Shown piece after piece: positions 37,716 through 48,292 of a DNA stretch of 64,000 nucleotides. Location of the stretch: the IMG/VR virus record IMGVR_UViG_3300046779_001412, positions 72,489 to 136,488 of that record, one strand, 5' to 3'. The stretch comes from a virus. Position 1 is the first letter of the stretch; every line of letters starts with the position of its first letter. Both the position numbers and the translations under genes were made by a program. The notes beneath the pieces were generated by a model that saw only the letters and a program-made list of their open reading frames with translations, searched no databases and was not told the DNA's origin.

Positions 37716-38615
37716 TTACGACTTGCCAGTTATTGATAGCCAAAACTTATTATACCATCTATAGATTGTTTTGTCAATGCTTTCTGGTTCAGTATTGGGG
37801 TCTGGATGTGGCTCATTGTCGTTGATTACATTATCTACTTCATGATCAACCAGTTGATTGTAAATTGTGGACTTAGCAAGTTCGTATCTTTTTTGTTTGC
37901 TTTCGCTGTGTAAAATCACTATCACAAACTCTTGTCCATGACTTTGAACCAACATGCCCACACACCATCCAGCTGAATTGGTAAAACCAGTTTTGCTGAC
38001 TTTGATTTGATCAAATTCCATCAGCAGTGGCTTGTTGGTATTGTCAATGGATATGGTACGTATTTTACGTTTGCGGTTGACTTCAAATAGCACATGTTTT
38101 CTCACACTGGTTTCCACAATAAATGGATATAGCGATGCTATTTGTACCATATTACCCACTGATCCTGCGGTGGCCTCGTTACTGGAACTTAGACCGGTTG
38201 GGTCAAAAAATCTAGTTCCAGTCATTTCAATGTCTTTGGCTTTTTGATTCATGGCCTTGATAAAGTCTTTACGACCATTGGGATAATCCCTAGCAACACT
38301 TTCTGCTGCTACATTGTCACTCCTTACCAACATGGCAGTCATGATATCACGCCGAGTGTGCTCTCCTGCTGGCAACTTGCCACCAGGTAACATCTGTATT
38401 TTTCTATCAAGATTACGATCATAGTCTAACGATACCATGGCTGTCATAAGCTTGGTGATACTGGCAATAGGCATGGTTTCATTTTGATAGCGAGCCACAA
38501 CTATTTCCTGTTTGGTTATGTTGTACACCCATATGGCCGGATAATGACCTTGAGACTTTTTGGCCCAGGCTACGGTTGAAATCAACAGCAACAGAATGGT
38601 TAGTATTTTTTTCAT
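37716..38615 (-). CDS. serine D-Ala-D-Ala peptidase (S11, PBP7-like)
   Basis: Signal peptide, ASITKLMTA (SxxK), SDN, KTGFT. Confidence 0.9.
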   Translation of the reverse strand: MKKILTILLLLISTVAWAKKSQGHYPAIWVYNITKQEIVVARYQNETMPIASITKLMTAMVSLDYDRNLDRKIQMLPGGKLPAGEHTRRDIMTAMLVRSDNVAAESVARDYPNGRKDFIKAMNQKAKDIEMTGTRFFDPTGLSSSNEATAGSVGNMVQIASLYPFIVETSVRKHVLFEVNRKRKIRTISIDNTNKPLLMEFDQIKVSKTGFTNSAGWCVGMLVQSHGQEFVIVILHSESKQKRYELAKSTIYNQLVDHEVDNVINDNEPHPDPNTEPESIDKTIYRWYNKFWLSITGKS

Positions 38616-39022
38616 GGTTTTTGGTATTCTGCCTTGCGATAATTTTGTTGTGCTGCAATCACACCACGTACACCTCCTGTGGGATCTTCACAGTCTCCCT
38701 GCCTGCGCGGTATCATGTGCACATGTGGGTACAACACAGTTTGTCCGGCTGCGGCGCCAATGTTTTGTCCGATGTTAAATGCCTCCCAGCGACCTTCCCT
38801 TACACCGGCCGTTCCAGTTTCATAAGCAGCTTGATAACAGGCAGCCAGGCAGAGCCAGGTTTCTTGTCTGGGCACAAACAACAAGTGGCCCTGAGTCACT
38901 GCGTAGGCATCTGCAAACACTACATAGTCCGGCTGCACGTCAACAACGGTCTGCCATGGAGCCACACCTGATGATCTAGCATGATCAAGATCAGAGGTCA
39001 GCACTGTGATTTTTGTAGTCAT
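38612..39022 (-). CDS. HIT-family hydrolase
   Basis: GHLLFVP, AAGQTV.YPHVHMIPR. Confidence 0.9.
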   Translation of the reverse strand: MTTKITVLTSDLDHARSSGVAPWQTVVDVQPDYVVFADAYAVTQGHLLFVPRQETWLCLAACYQAAYETGTAGVREGRWEAFNIGQNIGAAAGQTVLYPHVHMIPRRQGDCEDPTGGVRGVIAAQQNYRKAEYQKP

Positions 39023-40560
39023 ACTAGTGTACCAATTTGGATTTGTTTAACATTGGATGCGTCATGAGGCACAAGTTTATAAAATTGTTGCCTTTGAGTG
39101 TGATGTAGATTATTCATAACTATTAAATCTTTAAGTTCCTGTAAACGGCTTGATTGCCTCCATACCGGCCATAGATATTTTATAGCTGCTTCATGCACTT
39201 CTAGTTTTCTTCTAATACGTTCAGTTATAGTAAGTTCAGGATTTTCGCGGCTCCACCAAAGATGAAAGCCAGGTTCGTTGTTATGATTAAGTAGAAATTC
39301 TATACCATGTGATTCAATCATGCGTTCTACTGGAGCGCCAGGTAAGATTTCTAAACTTGCTCCAAGTTCAATTCCTATTATAGTCCCATCTGCAACATAT
39401 CGTTGCCATCTTGGAAATATTGCAAGATTGTCATAGTGGTCTTGTAGAGTTTCTGTTAGATAGCCAGTGAACATCAAAGGCATGATGTGAATTTTATTGC
39501 GACTCAGTTCCGCAAGTTGATAATCAATGTCTTCATTGCTAAACTTTTTGCCCATCTCGGCTCGAAGTCTGTCACTACCGGTTTCAAGTCCTACATATAA
39601 AATATCAGCACCTGCTTGTCGCATTAGTTCAAAGTGATCTCGCGGTAGGGTTTTTATAGTGCGGAAAATAAACTGTCCTGACCATGATATAGGTTGATCA
39701 AAGTTGTAGTTGGCCAAAGTTTCACAAAAATCTGTAAACACTTTCAAACTGCCATTTACCAAGCTGTCCGTAAAATAAAATCGAGTGACTCCATGTTCAT
39801 TGTAATTGTGTATGATTTCATTTGCTACACTTTTACCACTTCGGTATCTATATTTTGGCCAGTATCTTTCTACATCGCAGTATGTACACTTTCGAACACA
39901 GCCTCGACTCCCTGTAATGTAAACTTCACGTTTGCCTGGTTTGAGATAATCATAAAGATCTAAATTGTAGTAACTGTAGTTTGGCCAAGGCAAACTATCT
40001 AGATCATCAAGCTGATTAATATCTGTATTGTTGATACCAGGAAAGGCTGTGCCATTAAAATATGCTTCTACTGCCATTTCACCTTCGCCAACGATAAAAT
40101 CATCAATTAAGTCTTGATCTTTAAGTATAGTACCATAGCATCTGTGCGCATCTTCAAGTGTGGTAACACCCACTCCCATGCCACCTGCGAGGATTTTACC
40201 TTTGAAGAGTTTACGACATTCCTGCAAAAATTTTTCTATAAAAAAGTAATTGGCTGTACCAAAAACGCTCACTAAAAGATAATCAAAGTTCAGTGCATGA
40301 ATCTCAGCGCACTGGTGCGCTATGAAGTCAGTGATAAATTCTAGCTGATCAACTGATGGCGCAGTTGTTTGATTCCAAACGCCATCAAATCCGTGGTAGT
40401 CAATATTGTGAGATTTACAGGCATGAAAAAATTCAATGTTTAAATCAAACGCACTGACTTGATGTCCTAGATTCTCACACACTTGACATATTATAGCAGG
40501 ACCTGTGGGAGGACGATGGGGTTCTAATCGCGGAACATTAACTATTGCGGTTTTGATCAT
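39019..40560 (-). CDS. B12-binding radical SAM protein
   Basis: SRGCVRKCTYC, FTDSLVNG, GLETGS; paralog of 13170-14714. Confidence 0.88.
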   Translation of the reverse strand: MIKTAIVNVPRLEPHRPPTGPAIICQVCENLGHQVSAFDLNIEFFHACKSHNIDYHGFDGVWNQTTAPSVDQLEFITDFIAHQCAEIHALNFDYLLVSVFGTANYFFIEKFLQECRKLFKGKILAGGMGVGVTTLEDAHRCYGTILKDQDLIDDFIVGEGEMAVEAYFNGTAFPGINNTDINQLDDLDSLPWPNYSYYNLDLYDYLKPGKREVYITGSRGCVRKCTYCDVERYWPKYRYRSGKSVANEIIHNYNEHGVTRFYFTDSLVNGSLKVFTDFCETLANYNFDQPISWSGQFIFRTIKTLPRDHFELMRQAGADILYVGLETGSDRLRAEMGKKFSNEDIDYQLAELSRNKIHIMPLMFTGYLTETLQDHYDNLAIFPRWQRYVADGTIIGIELGASLEILPGAPVERMIESHGIEFLLNHNNEPGFHLWWSRENPELTITERIRRKLEVHEAAIKYLWPVWRQSSRLQELKDLIVMNNLHHTQRQQFYKLVPHDASNVKQIQIGTLV

Positions 40561-41140
40561 TGAACAGTTCTTTAATCTCTTGTATAATTTCTAGATCACG
40601 TTCATAGTGCCACCGCGCAGCAAAGCCGCTAAAGTAAGCCAAAGAGGGATCATTTGGTACTTTATATTTAGACACTATCAACCAATCGTAAACAGGGCAG
40701 TTAAATTCTATGTTACTGTATCCATTAAAAGTCATAGACTGAAAACCGCAGACTTTGGTGTATTGATCAATAAAATTTTTAGGAGTAGTGTCCTGTTGGT
40801 ACTGAGACCAAATAGTATTGAACACCAGATCGTTACGCATTAGATCAATACTAACATCATTGAATCTAATGTCCCTTAAAACAATTTCACATGATTGACT
40901 TCCATCAGGTAGTGAATCATAGACACCGGTTTCACCAAATTGTTTGCCATAATGAATCAAACTCAACGTGTTGTTTTTTGTACATAAGGGTCTAATTTTT
41001 ATGGTTTGTTCGTCAACCACTTCACTATCATAATAGACTTTATCATTGACAATTAGTTTAAATTTAGGCCAATGATTAAAAAATTTGCCTATGACATCAA
41101 GTTCAATCTCAACATAATCAGAATCTTGCACATCAAACAT
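40538..41140 (-). CDS. hypothetical protein
   Basis: 200 aa, overlaps radical SAM start. Confidence 0.6.
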   Translation of the reverse strand: MFDVQDSDYVEIELDVIGKFFNHWPKFKLIVNDKVYYDSEVVDEQTIKIRPLCTKNNTLSLIHYGKQFGETGVYDSLPDGSQSCEIVLRDIRFNDVSIDLMRNDLVFNTIWSQYQQDTTPKNFIDQYTKVCGFQSMTFNGYSNIEFNCPVYDWLIVSKYKVPNDPSLAYFSGFAARWHYERDLEIIQEIKELFNDQNRNS

Positions 41141-41372
41141 CTTCGCCCATCATCCAACGATCAACCATGGTTTCGGCTTCTTGTTTGGTCATTGCTACCA
41201 CTTTAAACCAAGCTCGTTTATGATTGGCCTTGATATCAAAAGGTACTCTGCCTCTAAACTCAAGAGGTTCATCTAGTTGTCTACTTATCTCAAAGGTTTT
41301 AAGTTGCCTAGCACGCTCTATTAATGCCGCGGCCTGAGCACGAGAATTATCATTGGGTAAAGTATCTTGCAT
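41133..41372 (-). CDS. hypothetical protein
   Basis: Start MQDTLP after GGAG. Confidence 0.55.
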   Translation of the reverse strand: MQDTLPNDNSRAQAAALIERARQLKTFEISRQLDEPLEFRGRVPFDIKANHKRAWFKVVAMTKQEAETMVDRWMMGEDV

Positions 41373-42045
41373 AAGTTTCTCTCCATAGTATGGCTGCTGC
41401 TTGATGTGCATCTTCTAATGGATGCAGACCAGGATTTGATACTGCATATCCACGCATGCGACTCCAATCTAGAAAATTATGTCCTTCCCAGGTTGATAAA
41501 TTTGGCTCTATGAGTAATTGCATCTCTTGCACGTAGTCTGGAGCATGAATCACTGTGTCCAGCATGTCTGGGTCCATGAAGGTTTGTACACAGGGAATAC
41601 CATGATGTCTAAGGTACTGTTGTGCCACCATAATGGTCTGCAGACTTCTTACCTTATTCCACAACAAACTGGCGCAGCCGTAGTCTTTGGCAAAATCCAC
41701 AACACGCTGACTCTGAGATCTATCTAACAGTGCAAAATATCGATGCGGCACACTCATAGGTCCTAGAGTGGCCCATTGTTCTTTGCCTTGGCCAAAGTAG
41801 AAGTCCCAACGATGTGCCCAAGTCCAGTTTATCACTGCTAAAACATCGTCATGACTATGATTAGCAAAGTATGATAAAATTTGCCTAGTTATAGATTCAT
41901 TTCCACAACCAGGTTCAGCGCAGGTTTTGTAATCTACGCCTAAACTTCTAGCTACTATAGCCGGCCATGCTTGTGAACCGTCATAGTTGTTGGTTAATTC
42001 AACACCATAGATAAAGCTATCACCAAATGAAACTATTTTCTTCAT
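41350..42045 (-). CDS. SGNH-hydrolase-like hypothetical protein
   Basis: FGDSF, PGCGN, LHPLEDAH. Confidence 0.6.
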   Translation of the reverse strand: MKKIVSFGDSFIYGVELTNNYDGSQAWPAIVARSLGVDYKTCAEPGCGNESITRQILSYFANHSHDDVLAVINWTWAHRWDFYFGQGKEQWATLGPMSVPHRYFALLDRSQSQRVVDFAKDYGCASLLWNKVRSLQTIMVAQQYLRHHGIPCVQTFMDPDMLDTVIHAPDYVQEMQLLIEPNLSTWEGHNFLDWSRMRGYAVSNPGLHPLEDAHQAAAILWRETYARYFTQ

Positions 42046-42410
42046 TATGGTCTAACATACTTGGCAAGATCAGGAGGAGTCCATCCTTCAGGTTTGAGAA
42101 CTTTACCATCTTCTCTTTTACAAACCTTGCCTGTGTCTTTGTCAATCTTGGCAAGATTACTGTTCAATACTTCACGCCATGCACCGTCAGCATCAACTCC
42201 TAGGCTATGAATAGCGCCTATAGTAACCACTATGAGATCAATAAGAGCGTCTAATGTTTCAACTTTGTCTTGTTTGATTATAGCGTCAGCTAGCTCGCCA
42301 CCTTCCTCTTGCATGAGATTCAAATACATATTAAGTTGATCTTGGTTAAACTTGCCTACGGTTTGATCGCAGGATAACATAAATGCCATTTGATCTAGAA
42401 ATACGCTCAT
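42045..42410 (-). CDS. MazG-like nucleotide pyrophosphohydrolase
   Basis: EEGGEL, LDALIDL, SNLAK, REDGKVLKP. Confidence 0.82.
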   Translation of the reverse strand: MSVFLDQMAFMLSCDQTVGKFNQDQLNMYLNLMQEEGGELADAIIKQDKVETLDALIDLIVVTIGAIHSLGVDADGAWREVLNSNLAKIDKDTGKVCKREDGKVLKPEGWTPPDLAKYVRP

Positions 42411-42420
42411 TGTTTTTCCT

Positions 42421-43248
42421 TTATCTTGGTGCAAATTCTTGTTGAAGTTTGATATTGTCCATGAACTCTTTTTTGACGCTGGGATCGTCTTTAAAGGCTC
42501 CGGTCAACACCGTGGTTTGTGTTAGACTGCTGTGTGCCATGATACCGCGATTTTCACAGCAACCATGTGTGGCCTGTATGTACACGCCTACATTTTTACT
42601 GCCAGTGGCTTTGCTTATCTCTCTGGCAATGTCATTGCACAGCTCTTCTTGTAGTGTACCGCGACGAGCACACCACTGAGCGATGCGAGTATACTTGCTC
42701 AAACCAATGAGCTTTTCGGCAGCAATGATTCCGATGTAAGCAACGCCAGACACAGGCTGATGATGATGACTACACATACTACGAAGCTCACTGCGAACCA
42801 CAAGCATGCCTTCATATCTATCTTCGGAATCGTTTGGGAACGCTGTGGCATCTGGTGCTGGTTCATATCTACCTGCCATTATTTCGTTAAAGTACATTTT
42901 AGCAAGACGTTGAGCTGTGCCCCGGCTGTTGGGATCGTTTTCGCGATCAATCAGCAGTCGATCAAGCACCAGTTCAAAAGCTTCTGTGGCTTCCTTGATC
43001 AAGTGTTCTTGATCCGATGGCGCAATATAATCGCTGATGTTGTCGCCAGCCCAGAAACGTTTACCATCGCGTTTCATTCTAGCACGTATTGCATCTGCTA
43101 GATATGATTCTTTGTTGGTTGTTATCTCGCCAGCTTTGACGTAGACTTTTTGTGGCAAAGGTACATATAAAGATTCAAGATCCACGGGTACAAATTCTTG
43201 GTCTTGTGTTACATTTAATACAGGATCAGGGTTGAATTCAGTTGACAA
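42421..43248 (-). CDS. folE: GTP cyclohydrolase I
   Basis: SMCSHHH, IGLSKY.R, LQE, HGCCENRG. Confidence 0.93.
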   Translation of the reverse strand: MSTEFNPDPVLNVTQDQEFVPVDLESLYVPLPQKVYVKAGEITTNKESYLADAIRARMKRDGKRFWAGDNISDYIAPSDQEHLIKEATEAFELVLDRLLIDRENDPNSRGTAQRLAKMYFNEIMAGRYEPAPDATAFPNDSEDRYEGMLVVRSELRSMCSHHHQPVSGVAYIGIIAAEKLIGLSKYTRIAQWCARRGTLQEELCNDIAREISKATGSKNVGVYIQATHGCCENRGIMAHSSLTQTTVLTGAFKDDPSVKKEFMDNIKLQQEFAPR

Positions 43249-43311
43249 TATTATTCTCCGAGTTTGAGTCGAGGATGACTAGGGTTAGTATAAAGGATAT
43301 TTAGGTCGTGG

Positions 43312-43827
43312 TCAAGATGATTTGACATTTGTTATGCCAGTAATTTGTAATGTGTATCTATCTTGCTGCCCTAGATTAGCAGCAAGATGCGGAGTCGTGC
43401 CTTGCCATGATACCCAGTCACCACACTGCCAGGCACTCACTGACTCTGTGCCTATTTGCAACACCTGGCCAAAACACCAATCTTCAGGAAACAAGATCAC
43501 TCTTGTAATTAATGCGAGATCTTCAACACCACGTCGCTGGGCATAGGTCTTATACGCATCATGATGCCAAGGTAGAAGTCTACCTGGACGCATGCGATGC
43601 ATAGCATAGACCTTGTCACTTAAATGATCAAAATTCTGTTCTAGATAATCAGTTACAACACTGGGTATGTCTCTAGCAATTGCAAGTTCCACCAGTCCGT
43701 TATATCTTTCACGATCTATTTCATAGATTGGCACAAAACCAGTATAGGGCTCTGGGTGTGTTACAAAGTCGCAGTCAAGATACCATTTTTCAAACTGCGC
43801 TAGATTGATGTGCCCATGCTGATTCAT
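43312..43827 (-). CDS. 2OG-Fe(II) oxygenase-like protein
   Basis: PWHHD...PHLAAN...RYTLQITG (HxD...H...R). Confidence 0.7.
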   Translation of the reverse strand: MNQHGHINLAQFEKWYLDCDFVTHPEPYTGFVPIYEIDRERYNGLVELAIARDIPSVVTDYLEQNFDHLSDKVYAMHRMRPGRLLPWHHDAYKTYAQRRGVEDLALITRVILFPEDWCFGQVLQIGTESVSAWQCGDWVSWQGTTPHLAANLGQQDRYTLQITGITNVKSS

Positions 43828-44744
43828 TTATCTAGTTTTCTACGCCAAATATCTATAGTCCTGGCTAATCCTATGTCAAGATCTATCTGCGGCTCCCAAC
43901 CAAGATCACGACTAATAGCAGTTGTTCCACTGTTTAACCAGTAGATCTCACCCGGACGTTTTGGCTTAGTGTTCCATTGTATGTTACCATTCCATCCAAT
44001 CATAGCGGCTATCTTGTTAGCATAATCACTAATCTTGATTGGATTGTCAGGACCCACTGTGTAGATTTTGCCTTGGTTACATTGATTTGGATTTTCAATC
44101 ACTCTTATCCAGGCTTCTAATAAGTCATCAATCCAAATGAAATTTCTAAATGGTTCAGCATAGCCAAGATTTACCACATCAGAGTTTAGAATCATCTGTG
44201 TGATAATTTGTTCGGTAACAAAAAAGTCATTGTCCGTGCGTCCATAACTATTGGTTTGTCTAATAGCAGTAAACGGCAAGTTCAATGCTCGATGAGCGTA
44301 TTCAAGATATTTTTCCACTGCGAGTTTAGCTACTGCATAAGGAGCATTGGGATTGGGAGGCGTATGCTCGTCAAAGGCCAGGCTCTGCCTAGGTGTACCA
44401 TGATCGCGTATCTCGTCACTGATTGGTTGCCAGCCATAGACTTCCATGGTACTAGCAAACACAAAGTTCTTTAGATTAGGCAATCTGCAGGCAGCATCAA
44501 TTAGATTAACGCTGCCCACATAGTTTATTTCGCTAAATGTGACTTGTTCGTAGAAACTTTTTTCAACTTCAGTTCTAGCCGCTAGATGTACAATTACGTC
44601 CGGATCGGCATTCATGAGCTCGGTTACTACATCTGCATGATGCCTAAGATCACTCTTGAGTTCAATGATTTCATGATTCAACTGCAATCGAGGAACAAGA
44701 TGCTGGCCTATAAAACCAGTGCTGCCAGTAATGAATATTTTCAT
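43824..44744 (-). CDS. NAD-dependent NDP-sugar epimerase/dehydratase
   Basis: TGSTGFIG, HLAA, YAVAK. Confidence 0.93.
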   Translation of the reverse strand: MKIFITGSTGFIGQHLVPRLQLNHEIIELKSDLRHHADVVTELMNADPDVIVHLAARTEVEKSFYEQVTFSEINYVGSVNLIDAACRLPNLKNFVFASTMEVYGWQPISDEIRDHGTPRQSLAFDEHTPPNPNAPYAVAKLAVEKYLEYAHRALNLPFTAIRQTNSYGRTDNDFFVTEQIITQMILNSDVVNLGYAEPFRNFIWIDDLLEAWIRVIENPNQCNQGKIYTVGPDNPIKISDYANKIAAMIGWNGNIQWNTKPKRPGEIYWLNSGTTAISRDLGWEPQIDLDIGLARTIDIWRRKLDK

Positions 44745-44783
44745 AAGGGGATTAGTGTGTAGATAAAATATTTAGCTAGATAT

Positions 44784-45986
44784 CTACTCACTGATTTTTC
44801 TCACATGATATTTGGCAGTGCCCACGTGATCGCGATAACGGTTACCAGATCGATTCCACTGTTCTCCATGTCCCAGTATGATGTCAACTACACGATCCAC
44901 AGTACCATCATTCCAATCTGAAATCAAGCCCATGTTGTGATGCGGTTCTAGCAACAAGGCGTCCAATTTGTGAAAAGCATCATCAATGCTCCAAGGCACA
45001 TACAAACGATTAGGATCATTGGCAAAGGTTTCTGGGAAACTACGATACGCAGGATACAGCACATTACAGCCCAGGGTATCAGCTTCACTTACAGTGTTTG
45101 AAACCCAATCTTGTAGTGCGCAATTAAACAGCACGCGAGTATCATTAAGCAGATGGTAATAATCATTTTTCTGCAGGTTTTCGTATATAGTTAACCGTCC
45201 CTGTGCTTCTAGGTGTCTAGCTCTTGTTATATATTCTTGGTTGTTGGAGCGTAATGGGCCGCCGGAGAACACGCAGAACTCCACTGGATACCAAGCCTTA
45301 TCATGCCACATATCAATCAAGTCCATGAAAAATCCTGGCTGCTTTTCTTGGTCAAATCGTGCAGCAAATCCTACTCTCATGGGACGTTGGTTGAATGGTG
45401 TGATGTTGTCAGCGCCACCAATGCGTTCAAGCACTTCCTCTTTGCCAAACGCTAGGCCAGAAATATTATAGATAGGAGCACGCCATCCAGCAATACGCAT
45501 ATGAGCAACCATTTCCTCATTAGTGGCGAGAACCCCGGTGGCGAACTCATTGACCATGTGTTCATAGAGAGCCATCCATTTCTGTAGACCCCATACATGA
45601 ACAAAATCATCAGGATCAATGGACTGAGCAAGACACCTAACAAAAACACGGGGCCGCTGATCATGAGGCACCTGATCAAATATGTAAGGTAGGCTCTCGA
45701 TACCGGGTTGAAACATGTCCTCAAAGTAGATAACATCATCATGCCTAATCTCTCCGTTTTTATGCATTTGCACTAGATTCATCATTTGGCTCATGCCAAA
45801 ATAACTTCTACCATGTGCATCAAGAACCTGCCCCACAGATATGGACTGTGAGTTGTCAATGGCAGTACCTGGAACATAAACTACATCTAGCCCACGACGT
45901 TCAAACACACGACGATTCCATTCGGTTAGTTGTAGAGTGTAACGAGCTTGATAACTTTCAAGCCCCATGTAGTAGAGTTTTCTCAT
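44784..45986 (-). CDS. glycosyltransferase (GT-B-like)
   Basis: RFDQEKQP, QDWVSNTVSEA, YRSFPE. Confidence 0.7.
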   Translation of the reverse strand: MRKLYYMGLESYQARYTLQLTEWNRRVFERRGLDVVYVPGTAIDNSQSISVGQVLDAHGRSYFGMSQMMNLVQMHKNGEIRHDDVIYFEDMFQPGIESLPYIFDQVPHDQRPRVFVRCLAQSIDPDDFVHVWGLQKWMALYEHMVNEFATGVLATNEEMVAHMRIAGWRAPIYNISGLAFGKEEVLERIGGADNITPFNQRPMRVGFAARFDQEKQPGFFMDLIDMWHDKAWYPVEFCVFSGGPLRSNNQEYITRARHLEAQGRLTIYENLQKNDYYHLLNDTRVLFNCALQDWVSNTVSEADTLGCNVLYPAYRSFPETFANDPNRLYVPWSIDDAFHKLDALLLEPHHNMGLISDWNDGTVDRVVDIILGHGEQWNRSGNRYRDHVGTAKYHVRKISE

Positions 45987-46204
45987 TACGGTCTCCCGGG
46001 TCTACGTTGGTCTTGGAACCACATGTCTTTCACTGGTTTGCCTTGGGAGAACTTCATGAACTGTTGATAAGCATAGCTTTTCCAGTTGTAAAGTTCTGCT
46101 TCGTTGTAACGATAGCCAAACTCTTGACAAAATTCAAGATAGCGTTCGAGGTCATCAAACACTTGTGTAACACGAGGGTTTGGCTTAATTACAGGCTTGC
46201 CCAT
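45986..46204 (-). CDS. hypothetical phage protein
   Basis: 72 aa, AGGAG RBS. Confidence 0.65.
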   Translation of the reverse strand: MGKPVIKPNPRVTQVFDDLERYLEFCQEFGYRYNEAELYNWKSYAYQQFMKFSQGKPVKDMWFQDQRRPGRP

Positions 46205-46214
46205 TTCAATCTCC

Positions 46215-46406
46215 TTATTGGTCTAGTGGCTTTGAATTATATTCGCGAATTAGATCAAGAACTTCAGATTCAGTATTGCAAATAACTTTACTAGTGGCCC
46301 ACTCACTTTCTTCATTGCGGCCACCAATTTCTACCATCCAACCGTTGTCGTAACGATTGATAGTAATTGATTCGTTTACTTTACTAAGTTTATTTAGATC
46401 TGGCAT
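46215..46406 (-). CDS. hypothetical phage protein
   Basis: 63 aa, AGGAG RBS. Confidence 0.65.
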   Translation of the reverse strand: MPDLNKLSKVNESITINRYDNGWMVEIGGRNEESEWATSKVICNTESEVLDLIREYNSKPLDQ

Positions 46407-46424
46407 AACATCTCCTTTTAAATT

Positions 46425-47351
46425 TTACGCAGCATCAGGGTCGTGTGCAATACCACGCCACTGTTTGATTTTTATTTCTTCTATGTCGGGAGTATCGTCG
46501 CCCCAAACTGGAACCCATCGTGTGCCAGTCCAACGTGCTGTGGTTGCACTGTAGCTTGGCCACTCGTTCTTTTTGCCTGTGTTGATTTCATAAATGCCTT
46601 CCCGCACCGGATTGACTTTTTTGGAAAACCAGTCAGTCATTTCATAAGTGCAATCATCTGAATCACGATATCGTTCCCACTTACCGTCCTTGTATGTTCC
46701 TGCTACATAGAATCCAAATTCTGAACTCTTGCCAGTGGTATCGCCGCCATAGTTATCAATGTCAACACCATCGTAACTTACACCGCAGACAACTTCACTG
46801 CCATCTACATCTTCAACATGGAAGGCTAGTTTGTTAATATCAAATGGAGCAGTGAGTTCAATCTCGCCTTCAAAGAATGTTCCCTTTTCGTTGCTGTTGC
46901 CAATGAATATTATAGTGCCTGGAGACTTGTCATCAATAAACACTGCATCTGTGTAATCAAACTCTGGACAGTCCTCGTCTTGGAAAGAGTCAAGCCCACA
47001 TTGAAATACTTCAACGCCGTTTTCATCACCAATCCATACAGTGCCACTCTGTAGTACAACTCCATTGCTATGTACCATGTCATCACACTCATACCATGAT
47101 CCAGGAGGGAATGGCCACATGTCTTCGGGTATGTTGTGTTCCGCAGCATAGTCACTGTCCCAGGCAAAGTCACTAACAGATATTCTACGACTGCGAAAGT
47201 AATCATAAATTTCACGATTCACTGTGCCCATAACAGACTCGCCTCCATATCCCCATAAGGATATTTTATAGGTACATGGAGTAAATTTCAAAGTTTCAAT
47301 GAGTTTTTCTTGCTCGGCAATAACTTCAGCAGACTTTTTTGTTCGGGGCAT
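46425..47351 (-). CDS. acidic hypothetical protein
   Basis: 308 aa, AGGAG RBS. Confidence 0.7.
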   Translation of the reverse strand: MPRTKKSAEVIAEQEKLIETLKFTPCTYKISLWGYGGESVMGTVNREIYDYFRSRRISVSDFAWDSDYAAEHNIPEDMWPFPPGSWYECDDMVHSNGVVLQSGTVWIGDENGVEVFQCGLDSFQDEDCPEFDYTDAVFIDDKSPGTIIFIGNSNEKGTFFEGEIELTAPFDINKLAFHVEDVDGSEVVCGVSYDGVDIDNYGGDTTGKSSEFGFYVAGTYKDGKWERYRDSDDCTYEMTDWFSKKVNPVREGIYEINTGKKNEWPSYSATTARWTGTRWVPVWGDDTPDIEEIKIKQWRGIAHDPDAA

Positions 47352-47360
47352 GAGAGCTCC

Positions 47361-47843
47361 TTAGATTTTGATTGATTGATAAGGTTTATGGATAGGGTAT
47401 TCAATTACACAACCATTTTCACCATCTTCGCTTACTTCAATAATAATACTGCGATTTGGGTAGCGTTTGGCAATTTCTTGATACAAATCGTCTGCGATCA
47501 TCTCGCAACTTTTGTAGTCAAGACTTAGAACGGTATCTTGATTAGAATACAGCCCTTGAAGCCAGCGTTTGAATTGGATGAACTCGATGTCCCGGTTATT
47601 GTGGAACACATCGATTGACACCCTAAAATGGAATATGTGACGGTGAGGATAACCAAGAAACGATACATCATATTCATCATTGGTTGCAAGTTTAGGATCC
47701 TCCAGTGCTGCAGGATATTTATGGATCCCTTCTCGTTGAAAAGATACCCAAATCTGTCTTTTGGCTTCCTGTAGTATCCTAGTACGTGTTTCTGCAGCCA
47801 CTTGAAGTTGTGAGTGAGTGATATCAATAGACTGATTTGTCAT
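47361..47843 (-). CDS. QueD-like T-fold protein (DpdL-like putative CDG decarboxylase)
   Basis: LGYPHRHIF (LxxxHRHxF), SCEMIA, VSEDGENG. Confidence 0.7.
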   Translation of the reverse strand: MTNQSIDITHSQLQVAAETRTRILQEAKRQIWVSFQREGIHKYPAALEDPKLATNDEYDVSFLGYPHRHIFHFRVSIDVFHNNRDIEFIQFKRWLQGLYSNQDTVLSLDYKSCEMIADDLYQEIAKRYPNRSIIIEVSEDGENGCVIEYPIHKPYQSIKI

Positions 47844-48292
47844 GAGCGTATTTGTCCTTTGTAGGGTATATCAGACTTTACTACTATATTTGTATTAAGA
47901 AAATCAACTATGTCAACTCTAAAAGGAGCATTGATCCATATCTGTGTTTCAACTAGTGTCCAGCTGCGTTGCATAGTAATTATACGCTGAACACCTCCCT
48001 TGGCTATATCTTTTTGGATACGATGTTGTGCTTTTTCATTCCAATCTGGACCTTCCCATTGAAAACCGCTTGAAATTTGGTGCTGTACATCATACCCCAA
48101 GGCAGCATCGCACTGTATAAATTTGGTATATCTGGCAAGATCTGTATCGTCAGACAGGAATGCTTGGCCCCACATAAACCATTGATCAATACGCACAGTT
48201 TGATCTCGGCTGGCTCGACTCAAGACATTATGTAGCTTTACCGATCTATCAGCTAGGCTAGTCACACGATACAGCGTTTTTGTGTCAGACAT
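47840..48292 (-). CDS. hypothetical protein
   Basis: 150 aa, operon-contiguous. Confidence 0.6.
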   Translation of the reverse strand: MSDTKTLYRVTSLADRSVKLHNVLSRASRDQTVRIDQWFMWGQAFLSDDTDLARYTKFIQCDAALGYDVQHQISSGFQWEGPDWNEKAQHRIQKDIAKGGVQRIITMQRSWTLVETQIWINAPFRVDIVDFLNTNIVVKSDIPYKGQIRS

